From contig JAQTUX010000002.1 in the NCBI GenBank assembly GCA_028707125.1, positions 144,355 to 208,354 of the forward strand: DNA of 64,000 bases, read 5' to 3'. Origin of the DNA: Candidatus Omnitrophota bacterium (GTDB taxonomy: Bacteria > Omnitrophota > Gorgyraeia > Gygaellales > JAQTUX01). The notes under the pieces are model-generated. The model was not told where the DNA came from, made no database searches, and saw only the letters and a program-made list of their open reading frames with translations. Positions 29,107-38,569 of this stretch are shown piece by piece; position 1 is the stretch's first letter; every line of letters begins with the position of its first letter. The position numbers and the translations under genes are program-made.

Positions 29107-30843
29107 TCAGAGAAAGCTTGCCAGTCTTTCATCGGTGATCTCCGAAAAATAATCACTAATATAACCCCTGTTGTAATCCTCTGTTTCTTTGGTTTCCGCG
29201 GCGCTTTTTGCCGGATCCCGATTATAATATATATTCAAATAATCTTTGAATCCCTCCACTGAGCTGACCACTATTTTATTCCGCTTATAACCGAATAAAC
29301 GGTCTGTATTATACATCTGCCCGTTAAGCGCGAAATATCCCACAGTGATATTGTGTTTCAGCGCCTCAATGCACAGGGTATTATCGTCATAAAGCAATAT
29401 GTCTATCTCTTTGAATATGTCCTGCCAGGGGATGCCCCTGGCATCAATAAAGTTTTCAGGCAGCATATGCCCGAAATCTATATTGTGGACAAAATCCGGA
29501 TGAAATTTAAGATAGACGGTATATTCACTGCTGTCAAAGATCCGCATAAGATGAAATAAAATCGTCTCATAATTTTTAAAATCGAAAGAGAAGGCGTAGG
29601 CGACCTTTTTAGCCGAGCCCATCCTGCCGGTAAACGGCTGCCCGCGGAAAAGATGCTGGTAACGCAGGCCGCAGCCCTCCTCCACGATACCGGGGGCAAA
29701 ATGCCCCCTGGCCTCCATCGTGTCTTTCAATATCCTGCCCCCCGTAAATATCTTGTCCGGCATAAAGGCGGCCCCCTTTTCATGCCTGCCGGGAAAATAC
29801 TGCAGGAGCTTGTAAGATACGCTTGAATGTTGAAAAGCGGTCAATTTTACAGGCGAAGACATCTCATTCCTGGCTGATATAAATGCCTTTTCCCAGGGAT
29901 GATTCTCAAAAGGATAGAATATCCTGCCTATTGAAAACCTGCTTAAGATATCTTTGGCAAAAAAGTAATCCAGATACGCCTTGATCCAGCCCAGGCCGTA
30001 AAAATCTTCCCTTAAGGACAGCCGCGCCAGAGCGGATATATCATACCCCTTGAACAGCATCCCGCCTGCGATCTTCGGCCTTTTAGAAATTCCGTACACC
30101 AAAGATAAAAATAAATCTTTAAATGTCAAATACCTGTAATTCACGGTATTCCTGTAAGGGGTACGGGTTCTGGATATGTCAAAATAATGCCGTAAAATGA
30201 CATTTATCTTGTTGTGGTGCATGATCTGATTGAATACCATAATACGCTTGCCTTTTGCGGCCAGCCATTTCAGGAGCGGGTCAAAATATTCATCCCTGTG
30301 CCCGCCCTCCTGATAAGAGCGGTAATCGCAAAATGAATAAAACGCGCAGTCAAATGCCGCCTCATGCGGTATCTTAAAGAAAAACCTTGAACTGACGATG
30401 GCAAAGGTATTGACTATAATGACCTTGACGGCGTCGCGGATAAACTTCATGCCCGCGGCCAGGCCGAATAACTTCAAACGGTATGGATTATAGCCGACCT
30501 CGATGCCCCTGCCCGCGGCATAGGCGATCAAGGCCCTGATAACTTTATAGTCAAGATTATTAAAGACGATGTTCTCCCCTGTTTTATCAATGAGTTCAAG
30601 GCAATAGATGAACCTGCAGACCTTGTCATAAAACAAAGTCATCCCCTCTATCCTGGTAAGAGTAGGCGATACCAGATATTCTATGGCGCTGCTATTCCTG
30701 CCAACGACCTCAGAGAATAAATCATTGTATTCCCATATATCGTCCTCTTTTATGCAGGGGATATCGGAAACCCTGATCTTGCCGATATCCACGGCCCTAT
30801 AGCGCTTATCCTGACTGTCTTTTAATATCTTCAGCGTAAACAT
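29107..30843 (-). CDS. Hypothetical soluble protein, possibly a GT-B ulosonic-acid (sialyl/Kdo-type) transferase-like enzyme.
   Basis: 578 aa. I recognise no family. It contains a KFHPDF HP motif of the kind found in bacterial sialyl- and Kdo-transferases. The call is speculative. Confidence 0.3.
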   Translation of the reverse strand: MFTLKILKDSQDKRYRAVDIGKIRVSDIPCIKEDDIWEYNDLFSEVVGRNSSAIEYLVSPTLTRIEGMTLFYDKVCRFIYCLELIDKTGENIVFNNLDYKVIRALIAYAAGRGIEVGYNPYRLKLFGLAAGMKFIRDAVKVIIVNTFAIVSSRFFFKIPHEAAFDCAFYSFCDYRSYQEGGHRDEYFDPLLKWLAAKGKRIMVFNQIMHHNKINVILRHYFDISRTRTPYRNTVNYRYLTFKDLFLSLVYGISKRPKIAGGMLFKGYDISALARLSLREDFYGLGWIKAYLDYFFAKDILSRFSIGRIFYPFENHPWEKAFISARNEMSSPVKLTAFQHSSVSYKLLQYFPGRHEKGAAFMPDKIFTGGRILKDTMEARGHFAPGIVEEGCGLRYQHLFRGQPFTGRMGSAKKVAYAFSFDFKNYETILFHLMRIFDSSEYTVYLKFHPDFVHNIDFGHMLPENFIDARGIPWQDIFKEIDILLYDDNTLCIEALKHNITVGYFALNGQMYNTDRLFGYKRNKIVVSSVEGFKDYLNIYYNRDPAKSAAETKETEDYNRGYISDYFSEITDERLASFL

Positions 30844-31775
30844 TTTTCTTTCTGTTTGGCGATACCCACCGGTTGATACCTGGGCTCATAGATCCCAAAA
30901 GGCAGACCGCTATCGGCTGTGCCGAGATAATACCTGGAGACCCTCTTTTTTATCTCGTTGGAATCCTTTAATTTTTTAAACAGGTTGTCATAATCGACAA
31001 AATTTGCCGGACAGCCGTCTAAGGCGAATATCTTCCTTATGGAATCCTCGCAAAAACACCAGCCCCGCGCAGGATGAAAATACCAGTCCTTGTCCTTTGC
31101 CGCGCTGACGGTTAAAAACATATACGCCGACTTCTTCAAGATACGGTTAAATTCCCCCGCTGCCTTGCTGATATCCGCGTGGTCGGCATGTTCAAGCGCG
31201 GAAACGGAGATAATACAATCCAGCTCCCCATCCGCAAACTCCTTCAGATTCGTAAAGTCCCCCAGGACACGCACTATCTTTCCGTAGGCGTTGCTGCCGA
31301 ACCTGGACTTGAATGCCTCCTTCCACATATTCAGGTTAATATAGGTGGGCGCGAATTCATAAACGAGATATTTTATAATACCCTTAACACCCCAATCCGG
31401 CTTCTTTTTCTTATGGCTTATAAATTTTCTATAACGGTGTTCAAAATTATCCAGACCGTGCCTGCGCTGTTCCACATTGAAGATCATGCCTGCCGCGGGC
31501 GGCAGGTCCCTTTCCGCGAAATCCAGACTAATGACGTTGTATCCGCGCGCCGCCAGAATAAACTGCAGCACGCCGTTACCTGCCCCGGCATCCATTATCC
31601 ATGAACCCCTGGGCAGTTTGATCTTTTCTAAATGATCCAATATCCATATAAAATCCAGCCAATAATGCCAGCCCATCGGATAATGGGTCACGCCTGCCCA
31701 GTATTCGACCAGCTTAAGTTTATCCGGGTGATCTTTCATAAGGTCAGCGCTAAGTATCTCTATCTTATCCTGCAT
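30831..31775 (-). CDS. Class I SAM-dependent methyltransferase.
   Basis: Motif I is WIMDAGAGNGVLQFILAARGYNVISLDF. 314 aa. Confidence 0.7.
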   Translation of the reverse strand: MQDKIEILSADLMKDHPDKLKLVEYWAGVTHYPMGWHYWLDFIWILDHLEKIKLPRGSWIMDAGAGNGVLQFILAARGYNVISLDFAERDLPPAAGMIFNVEQRRHGLDNFEHRYRKFISHKKKKPDWGVKGIIKYLVYEFAPTYINLNMWKEAFKSRFGSNAYGKIVRVLGDFTNLKEFADGELDCIISVSALEHADHADISKAAGEFNRILKKSAYMFLTVSAAKDKDWYFHPARGWCFCEDSIRKIFALDGCPANFVDYDNLFKKLKDSNEIKKRVSRYYLGTADSGLPFGIYEPRYQPVGIAKQKEKCLR

Positions 31776-31781
31776 GATCTT

Positions 31782-33308
31782 TTACTCCGTAGGTACGGGC
31801 GCCTTCAAACGCGTAAGCCGCTGCATAAATAGGTAAGATGACGCCAGAAGCCGCGTAAATACCCTGCGCCTCCCTATAAAGACCACTAACCTGTTTGTAA
31901 AGAACCTGTAGAACGCATTATGAAAGCGCCTTAACGAATGCGACCTCTTCATAAAGTAGATGATCATGGAGCAGACCGTGTAATAATCAGCGCGGTGTAT
32001 CTCTTCCAACTGGTTTAATCCGGCTCCAGCCAGATAGCGAAGATATGTGTCTTCCTTTATCAGTCCTGCCTTCCTGGCCATTTCATAGAGGGCAGTGCCT
32101 GGGAAATGGACCAGAGGGAAAAACCTGATATTGAAAAACGGGTCTATCCTGTGAACAAAATCCAGTGTTTCGCGCGTGCTGCTTGCCGGCTCCATTTCAT
32201 TACAGACGATCAAATGCACAAAACAGGACCTTACCTTATCCTTATAGGACCTGATGACCTCCAGCACCTCATAGACCTTTTCGATCTTCATATGCCGCTG
32301 ATACATATCCCTGTTTGTTCGGTCGCAAGCGGTCTGGACCCCTATCAGGCATTCCACGGCTCCGGCATCCACCAATAATTTGAACTTATCCTCATTAAAC
32401 GCCGAAGGGGTAAACTCTATTTTAAAAGGCAGGTTGATCCTTGACTTGTATAAGCCGGCAAATTGCTTGATGAAATCCAGCGGTTGGGCAAAAAGGTCCT
32501 CATCGCTTAAAAAGATATAATTAATGAAGGGATGCCTTTTCAATACCGCCTCGATCTCCCTGATAACATTCTCCGCGCTTTTTCTCCTGGAACTTATCCC
32601 GCCGTAGAGCTGCTGCAGGCCGTTATTACAGCAGTAGGCACAGCGATAAGGGCATCCTCGCGACGTTGCCACGTAATAATCAATGCGGCCTCCCCAGGTA
32701 TTGCCGCTGGTCATATATTTCTTCATCAATTCCGGCGTTATCCGCTTTAACGCCCCTTCTTCCACTATCAGATGCGACTGAAAATCATTATCAGGATAGG
32801 GCAGGCTGTCCAGGTCTTTCAGCAATGGACGCAGGGGGTTCTCCTTGATGGCCTCATTTCCGTTACCATCGTGTGTGCGGACCCAAAGGTTCTTGATATC
32901 GGAGTAATCCTCTCCTCTGGAAACACGCTCCATTAACTCCAGCAGGGCCTCCTCTGATTCGCCGCGGGAAATGATATCCGCTTCTTTGATACAGCCCTCC
33001 GGGAATAAGCTGGGGTGCACGCCGCCCCAGACAATGGGTTTACCCAATTTCCTGATCTTCTTTGTGGCCTTTGCCGCCTCTAAATGATAGTTTGAGGTCA
33101 CCGACAGGCCGATCAGATCGGAATCACTGCAGGCATCCATTACCTGTTCATACACGCTGTCGGGGAAGATATCGAGAAAACGGTCATAAGGAGAAAGCAT
33201 ATAAATGATCTGCGCCTGGTGGCCCCTGGCCTTCAAGTAGGCGCTGAGGCTGGTAATGCCGACCGTATTGAGCTGATAGGTATAAAAGATCAAACTGACT
33301 TTAGCCAT
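31782..33308 (-). CDS. Cobalamin-binding (class B) radical SAM enzyme, paralogue 6 of 7.
   Basis: 508 aa. The N-terminal B12-binding domain includes KVSLIFYTY...IVWGGVHPS. Radical SAM motif: TSRGCPYRCAYCC. Confidence 0.85.
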   Translation of the reverse strand: MAKVSLIFYTYQLNTVGITSLSAYLKARGHQAQIIYMLSPYDRFLDIFPDSVYEQVMDACSDSDLIGLSVTSNYHLEAAKATKKIRKLGKPIVWGGVHPSLFPEGCIKEADIISRGESEEALLELMERVSRGEDYSDIKNLWVRTHDGNGNEAIKENPLRPLLKDLDSLPYPDNDFQSHLIVEEGALKRITPELMKKYMTSGNTWGGRIDYYVATSRGCPYRCAYCCNNGLQQLYGGISSRRKSAENVIREIEAVLKRHPFINYIFLSDEDLFAQPLDFIKQFAGLYKSRINLPFKIEFTPSAFNEDKFKLLVDAGAVECLIGVQTACDRTNRDMYQRHMKIEKVYEVLEVIRSYKDKVRSCFVHLIVCNEMEPASSTRETLDFVHRIDPFFNIRFFPLVHFPGTALYEMARKAGLIKEDTYLRYLAGAGLNQLEEIHRADYYTVCSMIIYFMKRSHSLRRFHNAFYRFFTNRLVVFIGRRRVFTRLLASSYLFMQRLTRLKAPVPTE

Positions 33309-34002
33309 TTTTTACCCTCGCTTGCCGTTTAAGCACCCCCGACTTGAAGATCGATTCCGCCATCCGGAAATCCTCTTCTTCGTCAATATCTATCGCCTCG
33401 ATCCTGTTCATTTTATACAGATACGGTTTCAAGCCGATCCTGCGGCCCTTATTTTCAAAACTGCTTCTGGAAAAAATGTAAAAGTTTGAATTCTCTTCAT
33501 ATACGGGAGAAAGATCCTGGGTGCGTATAAGCCTGCGGGGATCATGATTAAGAGGATGGAAATCATCATCATAGAACCTCGCCCTGTGCTCTGTCACGGA
33601 AAACAATGAATCATATCCGTCTTTTAAAGAGGCAAAGTATGTTTTCACAGCATCCTCTATTGTGGCCGGCATTAAAAGCGGGTTTGTGCTATGTGTCTGC
33701 AGGAAGTGCTCTCCCTCCAACAGCGAAATATCGTGGCCGATGATCTTATTCATGGAAACATGGTCGCCGCTAAGGCGGACAGGCCTGTCTATGAGCAGGA
33801 CTGAAGGATAGCCGCTTTTAATGAGCTGTTTGATCTTCCCGCTGTCTGTATCCACTACTATCGCCTCAACGCAGTTTACCTTCAACAGCGCGTCAAATAT
33901 CCTGTGGAACAGCGGCCTTCCGCAGAAATCGCGTATATTCTTATTCGGCACCCTCTCGCTGTGTCCCCTCATCGGGACCAACACCTTAATCTTCACAGCC
34001 AT
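33301..34002 (-). CDS. CMP-ulosonic-acid cytidylyltransferase, of the acylneuraminate cytidylyltransferase (NeuA/KdsB/CTP_transf_3) family. This is the second such gene in the locus.
   Basis: VLVPMRGHSERVPNKNIRDFCGRPL is the typical N-terminal motif of this family. 233 aa. Confidence 0.7.
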   Translation of the reverse strand: MAVKIKVLVPMRGHSERVPNKNIRDFCGRPLFHRIFDALLKVNCVEAIVVDTDSGKIKQLIKSGYPSVLLIDRPVRLSGDHVSMNKIIGHDISLLEGEHFLQTHSTNPLLMPATIEDAVKTYFASLKDGYDSLFSVTEHRARFYDDDFHPLNHDPRRLIRTQDLSPVYEENSNFYIFSRSSFENKGRRIGLKPYLYKMNRIEAIDIDEEEDFRMAESIFKSGVLKRQARVKNG

Positions 34003-35059
34003 GGAATCCCCTTTTCAATAATTTAAGGAGCCCGCTCTTTATTCTGGAGGCGGACCTTATCAGCCTGCCTGCCCTGCTTTTGTTCATGCTCAGGCGTTTT
34101 TCTTCCAACTGTTTCAGCGTACTTATGATAGTAAAATAATTATTTGAAAGATCGAGGCCGCAGACATGAGACGGCTGGCACCGGAACAGGCTGCGCACGT
34201 ATTCGTCACCCGCGATGAATTTAAAACCCAACGGCTCTATGACGGAACGCAGGGAAAGAAGGTTAAAATTATAATTATGGACAAAGGCCGAATAAACTAT
34301 ATAGTTATAATCGTAGTCCTTTAAGTAACAGACGCCGGGGACCTCGACATATAAATACCCGCCCTCTTTGACAAGGGGCTTGATCTTGTTAAACTCGCTT
34401 TTTATATCGCCGAAATGCTCAACCACATGGCTCAAGATCACGATATCCGCCTTTTTCCCGGCTAATGACTCTGCCAGCCCCTTATAAACATCAATGCCTC
34501 TGCTACGGGCCATCTGCGAGGCATCTTCCGAAGGTTCGCAACCGCATACATCTACAGCGATCCCGTCTTTTTCCAGCAGGTTCCTGACCTTGTCCAATAA
34601 AGCTCCCCTGCCGCAGCCGATCTCTATGATCTCAAGGCGCCTGCCCGCCTCTTTACGCGTAACGTATCTGTCCAGATATTCGTATATCTTTTCGGCAGAA
34701 TCGGGTTTGACCGTCATCAGGTCCCTTATTGACTCGCCCAATATCAGGTCATAGTAAACCTTCTCATAGAATTCCGGCAGGTCATTGAAAGAAAGCCGGG
34801 GTGATACCTGGATCAGGCCGCATTGCCTGCAGATCTTTGTCCCGAATGGCAGTACGAACCTGTCCTGCACGCTCAAGACCTCAAGGTCATCAGAGCCGCA
34901 GAGGCATTTCTTAACGTGCTCCAGGCGGTATTTACCGTCAAAGATATACTTCAACAATGTAAAATAGGCCCTGCGCCTTTTCGGGTCCAGCTTAAAGCCG
35001 TAATAAAAAGGAAATTCAACCGCTGCCTGTCCGGACGTTTTGTCTTTCATTGCCATCAT
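33986..35059 (-). CDS. Class I SAM-dependent methyltransferase with an N-terminal C4 zinc-ribbon.
   Basis: CLCGSDDL...CRQCGL, then motif I RRLEIIEIGCGRGALLD. I trimmed the start to the ATG at 35059, which forms an ATGA overlap with the TGA stop of the upstream gene. The ORF track extends it to 35119. Confidence 0.7.
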   Translation of the reverse strand: MMAMKDKTSGQAAVEFPFYYGFKLDPKRRRAYFTLLKYIFDGKYRLEHVKKCLCGSDDLEVLSVQDRFVLPFGTKICRQCGLIQVSPRLSFNDLPEFYEKVYYDLILGESIRDLMTVKPDSAEKIYEYLDRYVTRKEAGRRLEIIEIGCGRGALLDKVRNLLEKDGIAVDVCGCEPSEDASQMARSRGIDVYKGLAESLAGKKADIVILSHVVEHFGDIKSEFNKIKPLVKEGGYLYVEVPGVCYLKDYDYNYIVYSAFVHNYNFNLLSLRSVIEPLGFKFIAGDEYVRSLFRCQPSHVCGLDLSNNYFTIISTLKQLEEKRLSMNKSRAGRLIRSASRIKSGLLKLLKRGFHGCED

Positions 35060-36237
35060 ACCTGTTTCAGGCGATTTGCCAGTATCTGCCAAAGGGGCAG
35101 ATTTTCCGACCAATCGCACTTAAGAAATTGCTGCCGGTAATGCCGATAATGCGGCTGGCTGACCTTCAATTCGTTTTCCCAGTCGATCTTCGATTCCTTA
35201 TCTATATACACCGCCCTTTTACCGTGCAACTGGGCCAACACTTCAATAAACTTGCTGTCCTGCATGCCGTCGTACGCGAGAAAGACAACCGGCTTTAGAA
35301 AAAGATTTGCCAGGCTGACAGCGGTGCTGGATTGGGTCAACACCAATTTCGCTTCCCTTATCAGCTCTGCGGTCTTGCCCTTGATACACTTGCGCCCTTT
35401 ATAATAATCCGGCAGTTCATCGTAACGGGAACGCGGATGGGCCGCGATAACAACCTCGAGTTTCAAGTCCCTCTCTACCGCGCCAAAAAAATCGTCGAGA
35501 AGCCCGTAATACCTGTCTATATCATAATTGCTCTTCACGCCTTCATAAAAATAATTCCAGTCCAGCGCCGGACAGATGTCCAGAAATACCGCGATATCGC
35601 GCTCCCGCGATGTCTTTTTTGACTCCTCAAGATAAACGTCGTAATCAAGGTTGTGTCCCCAGACCAATTCCGTATTTTTACCCAGCGGCAGCCGATGCTT
35701 GTTGACCGAGCCTTCGCCGCCGGCCATAAAAAACCGCGCCGGTTTTACGCCGAACAATCCAAGCGGCAGCAGGGGCAGTATCAATCTCTTATAAAGCCCT
35801 GAAGGAGTATGCCGCGACAATGACTTTAATTTTCTCATAATGACGGAAGCGCGCCTATGCCCGTTGAGCCGGTCAATGTCCCTCACGTCCGGCATGGCGT
35901 TGAGCAGCGCCACGATATATTCCGCCTTTGCCCTGCTTATTACCCTGTATAGATCGAGCAGCTTGAATTGAAAGGTTATGGCGTCAAAGATCACGCTATC
36001 CTGATCCAGATCCAATAATTGGCCATATAATGTCTTCGCGTCGTAAAAGAACTTCGTCCCCTTAAAGTCAACGTAATCCGAGGCCTTGTATTGCTTAAAG
36101 AGCTCCGGATGCAAGAAAGGTGTAATATCCCAATACTCCACCTTAAAACCGTTATCTTCCAGCGTCTTTATGCCGTAACGCCGGAAATTCCATTCGTTCA
36201 GGTTCTGCCTGGCCAATATTATTATATTTTTTATCAT
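35056..36237 (-). CDS. Hypothetical protein, possibly a GT-B ulosonic-acid (sialyl/Kdo-type) transferase-like enzyme.
   Basis: 393 aa. It has an HP motif (AAHPRSRYDELPDYY) followed about 33 aa later by TQSSTA. This spacing resembles the HP and S motifs of bacterial sialyltransferase and KpsS-like enzymes. It has no strong family match otherwise. Confidence 0.35.
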   Translation of the reverse strand: MIKNIIILARQNLNEWNFRRYGIKTLEDNGFKVEYWDITPFLHPELFKQYKASDYVDFKGTKFFYDAKTLYGQLLDLDQDSVIFDAITFQFKLLDLYRVISRAKAEYIVALLNAMPDVRDIDRLNGHRRASVIMRKLKSLSRHTPSGLYKRLILPLLPLGLFGVKPARFFMAGGEGSVNKHRLPLGKNTELVWGHNLDYDVYLEESKKTSRERDIAVFLDICPALDWNYFYEGVKSNYDIDRYYGLLDDFFGAVERDLKLEVVIAAHPRSRYDELPDYYKGRKCIKGKTAELIREAKLVLTQSSTAVSLANLFLKPVVFLAYDGMQDSKFIEVLAQLHGKRAVYIDKESKIDWENELKVSQPHYRHYRQQFLKCDWSENLPLWQILANRLKQV

Positions 36238-36998
36238 TTAATCTTTTTTATCTTCTTGATCAGTTCTCTGCAGGTATGTCCCAGGAATAACGTATCAAGG
36301 CTGAATGCCAGGAACCTGTATCCTTCATCGATCTTCTCTGTAAGCAGCTCCGCCTGCGGAGGTATCAGGTGGAATCCGGCTGTCTTTTTCATATCCCTGG
36401 CGACCTTCATAATGCGCGCCAGGGCGGCCTTAACCCGCGGATGCTCAAACTCTCCAGGCCTGCCGATAGAACCTGAAAGGTCATAGGGTCCGACGATAAA
36501 CCCGTCCACGCCTTCAACCTTCAGTATTTCCTCCAGATTATCCACCGCCTTGATGTGCTCTATCTGCGCGATCACCACGCTGCCCTTATTAACCCAATTC
36601 TTATACTTCTCAAATCCCATCCCATACCCCTGAGCCCTGGCAAGGCCCACCCCTCTTCTTCCTTCCGGAGGGTATCTGACGGCGCTTACCGCCGCAACCG
36701 CGTCCTCTTTGCTGTTTACCATAGGGACGATCACGCCGTGAGAACCGGCATCCATAACTCGCTTGATAAGGACCGGGTTGTTTTCGCCCACCCTTACCAG
36801 AGGCAGGCAGCCGGACAATTCGATTATCTGGATAAGCGCCTGGGCCTGATCAAGTGTTATCGCGCTGTGCTCCATATCTACTGTCAACCAGTCAAAGCCC
36901 GCCCTGGCCATGATCTCCGCGATTGAAGCATGGCCCACGGTGATCCAGGAACCCACGGTAAGAAGCCCTTTTCTTAATCTCTCTTTTAGGTCTATCAT
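36234..36998 (-). CDS. HpcH/HpaI-family class II (metal-dependent) pyruvate aldolase.
   Basis: 254 aa with a TIM-barrel aldolase layout: LRVGENNPVLIKRVMDAGSHGVIVPMV...PEGRRGVG...VIAQIE. Confidence 0.75.
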   Translation of the reverse strand: MIDLKERLRKGLLTVGSWITVGHASIAEIMARAGFDWLTVDMEHSAITLDQAQALIQIIELSGCLPLVRVGENNPVLIKRVMDAGSHGVIVPMVNSKEDAVAAVSAVRYPPEGRRGVGLARAQGYGMGFEKYKNWVNKGSVVIAQIEHIKAVDNLEEILKVEGVDGFIVGPYDLSGSIGRPGEFEHPRVKAALARIMKVARDMKKTAGFHLIPPQAELLTEKIDEGYRFLAFSLDTLFLGHTCRELIKKIKKIK

Positions 36999-37015
36999 CT
37001 CTGATCTCCTGATTT

Positions 37016-38569
37016 TTAATACCCCAGCTTGCTGCTCACGGCCTTAGTGGCCCTTGATATTAAAATCCGCACATCCTGTTTATTCATGCCAAAAATAAGG
37101 GGAAAATAATAAATAACGGCTAAAACTATCAGAGAATATAGAAAACCGGCGGATAAAAACCTGAGAATAACGGCTTCGCTGCCCTTCAACAATATTTTGT
37201 CTATACAGGCAGTCGCCAATACAGCGGCCAGAACAAATAACACGATACTCGCTATCTGATGCTCCAGATATTTCCAAAAATTTATCTTGATGAGTTTCAT
37301 ATTAAAGAACAGATAGGTATTGACTGTGATCAACTGTATCAATAATGTCTTAACGGCCAGGCCTGTGGCGCCGGCATCAACACCCCAGAGATGCCTGGGG
37401 GCGATCAAAAGATATGTGATCGGCAATCCGATCAACATGAATATTACGTCTATATTCCTGTGCAATTTAGTCCTTCCTGCCGCGAGGATGACAGAACTGC
37501 TTATCTGTCCGTAGGTCTGGTGTATGGGGGCAAAGGCCATGACCGTTACCGGGATCAACGCCTGGTAATATTTATCCCCCCCGATTATATATATTACTTT
37601 GGCCGCCTGTATGGCCAGGAAACAGGAAAAAAACGCGGTGATAGAATACATTAAGGGCACATACTTCCTGAAAAGCGAAGATATCTGCCCTAAATCTTTA
37701 TTTTCAAATCCGATGGCGAACTCCCTCATAAGCAGCGGCGTCATCGCCCCGACAAAAAGGAAACAGAGCGTGCCTATCTGATAGGCGAAGCCATAGAAAC
37801 CCTGTTGTATGCTGCCCCCGAAAACCTGCAATAACCATCTGTCTAATATGCCCACGGCTAAACCGACTATGGAAGTCATAAAAAGCGGATGACTGTAATG
37901 ATAAAACTCTTTTGAGTACTGTTTTAGTTTTAATGATCCGATCCTCCAGCCCTGCCTGAAAGAGTATCCGTTCGACCCCATGATCCAGATAAATACAGCG
38001 CCTATAAATATCAAGGTAAAATACTGATAATAAAAATAACTGCTCAAAGACAATTTGCCGGAAATATACAGAAGTATCAATAAAATAGCCCCTAAGAATT
38101 TCTGCACGATCCTCGCCTTCTCCGCGGGAACGGTCAGGCCGTAGGCATCCGTCATCTTATTGAATAAATTGACGGCCCAATTACAGATGCCCCATCCAGC
38201 GGCCAGATAGATATAGAATATTTTCTGCCCGGGCCAGAGATTAATATGCAGCGAAGTCAAATGGGCAAAGGCCACAAAAGCCAATGTGATCAAAGTGACG
38301 CATGCCATAAAATACCTGTAAAAGGCGGCCAGGCTGTGATCCTTCGGCCTTTGTGACAGCTTATTATAAAAACACATGGATGTGCCCATATCGAGAAAGC
38401 CGGTGATCTGGGAGAAAAAATTAGTCAAAAAGCTGAAGTTACCGTATAGTTTAGGGCCCAGGCCTCTCGGCGCAATAGCGGCGGTGACAAAACTCAAAAT
38501 AAATCCCGCGATATTGGTTGAAAGTTTATAAAAATATCTCTTATTTAATGAATCCATCTTTAAAATCAA
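37016..38569 (-). CDS. Wzx-like oligosaccharide/polysaccharide flippase (MOP superfamily, Polysacc_synt).
   Basis: 517 aa with about 12-14 predicted transmembrane helices. The N-terminus (KLSTNIAGFILSFVTAAIAPRGLGPKLYGNFSF) is typical of Wzx/RfbX. Confidence 0.7.
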   Translation of the reverse strand: MILKMDSLNKRYFYKLSTNIAGFILSFVTAAIAPRGLGPKLYGNFSFLTNFFSQITGFLDMGTSMCFYNKLSQRPKDHSLAAFYRYFMACVTLITLAFVAFAHLTSLHINLWPGQKIFYIYLAAGWGICNWAVNLFNKMTDAYGLTVPAEKARIVQKFLGAILLILLYISGKLSLSSYFYYQYFTLIFIGAVFIWIMGSNGYSFRQGWRIGSLKLKQYSKEFYHYSHPLFMTSIVGLAVGILDRWLLQVFGGSIQQGFYGFAYQIGTLCFLFVGAMTPLLMREFAIGFENKDLGQISSLFRKYVPLMYSITAFFSCFLAIQAAKVIYIIGGDKYYQALIPVTVMAFAPIHQTYGQISSSVILAAGRTKLHRNIDVIFMLIGLPITYLLIAPRHLWGVDAGATGLAVKTLLIQLITVNTYLFFNMKLIKINFWKYLEHQIASIVLFVLAAVLATACIDKILLKGSEAVILRFLSAGFLYSLIVLAVIYYFPLIFGMNKQDVRILISRATKAVSSKLGY

